DNA of 64,000 bases, from the NCBI RefSeq assembly GCF_902713615.1, contig NC_052162.1, forward strand, positions 85,785,240 through 85,849,239. The letters run 5' to 3'. Each line of letters begins with the position of its first letter. The stretch's first letter is position 1. The notes below the pieces were generated by a model that was not told where the DNA came from, ran no database searches, and saw only the letters and a list, made by a program, of their open reading frames with translations. Made by a program: the position numbers and the translations under genes. Below, piece by piece: positions 62,155 to 64,000 of this stretch. The DNA is from Scyliorhinus canicula (taxonomy: Eukaryota).

Positions 62155-62856
62155 GGGCGGGATTCTCTGAGCCCGTGCCGGGTCGGAGAATCCCCAGGGG
62201 GCCGCGTGAATGCCGCCACGTGGCTGGGAAGCAATTCTACGGAGAGCGGAGAATCAGCGCCAGTGGTGCCGGCGCGGTGGGCGCGGCGCCAGTCGGGAGC
62301 CACTCTATGGGGCCCCCCTGGTGATTCCCGGCCCAGGATGGGCTGAGCAGCCGTACAAAAAAACTGAGTCACGCCGGCGCCATTCTAACCTGGTCTTACC
62401 CGGCGGGACCTTGGTGTGAATGGATCCAGGGGCGGCCTGGTGGGGGAGGGGGTGGGGGGGTGGGGGGGGGGGGGGGGGGGGGGGCGGGTGTCCGACCCCA
62501 GGGGGGCCTCTGCTGTGGCCTGGCCCACGATCAGCGGGCCAGCCTCTCGGGCTGAGGACCTCCTTTCTTCCGCGCCGGTCCCTGTAACCTTACGCATGCT
62601 ACGTCGGGGCTGACGCGGAGCAGGGAGCCACCGCGCATGCGCGGAAATCGCACCGGTCCCACTGCGCATGCGCAGACCCGTGGCGCCCATTTGACACCGG
62701 GATCGGCAGCTGGAGCAGCGTGGGTCACTCCAGTGCCGTGCTGGCCCCTGTAGGAGTCAGAATCGCTGCTCCTGAGGCCATGTTGACGCCGTCGGGAAAC
62801 ATGACGCCGTTTATGACGCCGTCAACATTTAGCCTCGGGATCTGAGAATCTCGCCC
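62155..62856. mobile_element. 702-bp non-autonomous Harbinger element
   Basis: TIRs GGGCGGGATTCTC / GAGAATCTCGCCC, flanks ATT/ATA. Confidence 0.85.
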
Positions 62857-62892
62857 ATAGTTTGTCTCATGGTGCCAGGTTGAATTGTGGAA

Positions 62893-63550
62893 TCACAGAA
62901 TAAAACAGTGCTGAAGATGCCCTTCAGCCCTTCAAGTCTGCACCATGAAAGACACCTGACCTGCCTACTTAACCCCATTTGTCAGCTCTTAACCCATCAC
63001 CTTGAATGTTATGACATGCCAAGTGCTCAACTAAGTACTTTTCAAAGGATGTGAAGCAACCCGCCTCTACCACCCTCTCAGGCAGTGCATTCTAGACCGT
63101 CACCACCCACTGGGTAAAAACATTTTTTTCTCAAATTCCCACTAAACCTCCTGTCCCTCACCTTGAACTTGTGTCCCCTCGTGACTGTCCTTCAAATAAG
63201 AGGAAGAACTGCTCCCTATCCACCCTGTCCATGCCTCTCATAATCTTGCACACCTTGATCAGATTGCCCCCAAGTCTTCTCTGCTCCAGTAAAAACAACC
63301 TAAGCCTATCCAACTTCTCCCTCCCAGGCAACATCCTGTTGAATCACCTCTGCACTCCCTCCAGTACAATCATATCCTTCCCATAATCTAGCGATTAGAA
63401 TTGCACACAGCACTCCAGCTGTGGCCTCACCAAAGTTCTATGCAACTCCAAAGTGGCCTCCCTCCTTTTGTAATCTATGCCTTGATTGATTAAGGTGTGT
63501 CCCATTTTCCTTTTTCACCACCCTATTAACCTGCTCTTCTGCCTTTGGAA
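62893..63550 (-). mobile_element. CR1 LINE 3' fragment
   Basis: Similar to the RT C-terminus and 3' UTR of the 43500-44000 region. Confidence 0.8.
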
Positions 63551-64000
63551 GATTGGGATGAGGAGGGAATGGAGTCCAAACATGGGGTTCTCGAGAAATA
63601 GCAATGTAAAAGTGGGAGACGAAGATATTGCATCATAATCTGACTATGAATGGGACCAGATGAATGCAATGGGTGACAGTGAGAGGCATTGGAGGAGGTT
63701 GGGATGATCAAAGGCTGCAGACAAGTTGAAAAGTAAAGAAGAGATGATTTACCAAGGTTATATGCACAAGGATGTCATTCAACGAGATCAACAAAACACT
63801 TATGTCCATGGAGAACAAGGCACAGAAGGCAAGCAATAAGTAAATGAATCATCTCAGGTAAGTGATATGCTCAGGACAGTATCAAACCTTCGGAGTAAAT
63901 CTTAAGGGATTAAAGTTAGAGAACAGAACATCCAGAATGCAGATTGACATGACATGTTACCACATTGTAACACTGACATACACTGTCACACTGCCAGACT

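Noticed and set aside
58420-63950. Homology between 58420-58530 (-) and 63840-63950 (+), first suspected to be an unknown coding repeat
   Set aside because: The adjacent sequence translates to a decayed SGNH esterase, so these are old CR1/L2 ORF1 relics.

Overview
This is eukaryotic, repeat-dense genomic DNA, almost certainly from a cartilaginous fish (shark-like). The evidence is abundant HE1-type V-SINEs together with their CR1/HER1-type partner LINE. No host gene can be named; a few splice-bounded candidate exons sit in unique islands. Most of the window is nested transposable elements: one nearly intact CR1 LINE (40.3-44.1 kb), a decayed Gypsy provirus (44.2-48.9 kb, minus strand), several PIF/Harbinger elements (transposase plus spliced Myb/SANT gene) with many MITE derivatives, two hAT relics, Rex1/Babar, L2, RTE and Crack-like LINE fragments, at least six solo LTRs with TSDs, and SINEs of the V-, Deu- and probably Meta- superfamilies. 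The most notable observations are: (1) a U-UUA-AAC slippery heptamer plus stop at the CR1 ORF1/ORF2 junction with no ORF2 AUG, suggesting -1 ribosomal frameshifting; (2) two minimal hammerhead-ribozyme motifs in Penelope-like termini; (3) one V-SINE head/core found with three different 3' tails; (4) a multi-level nested insertion at 21.4-29.4 kb; (5) a Gypsy RNase H fragment abutting a young SINE. Boundaries were read by eye and family names come from motif recognition, not database searches.
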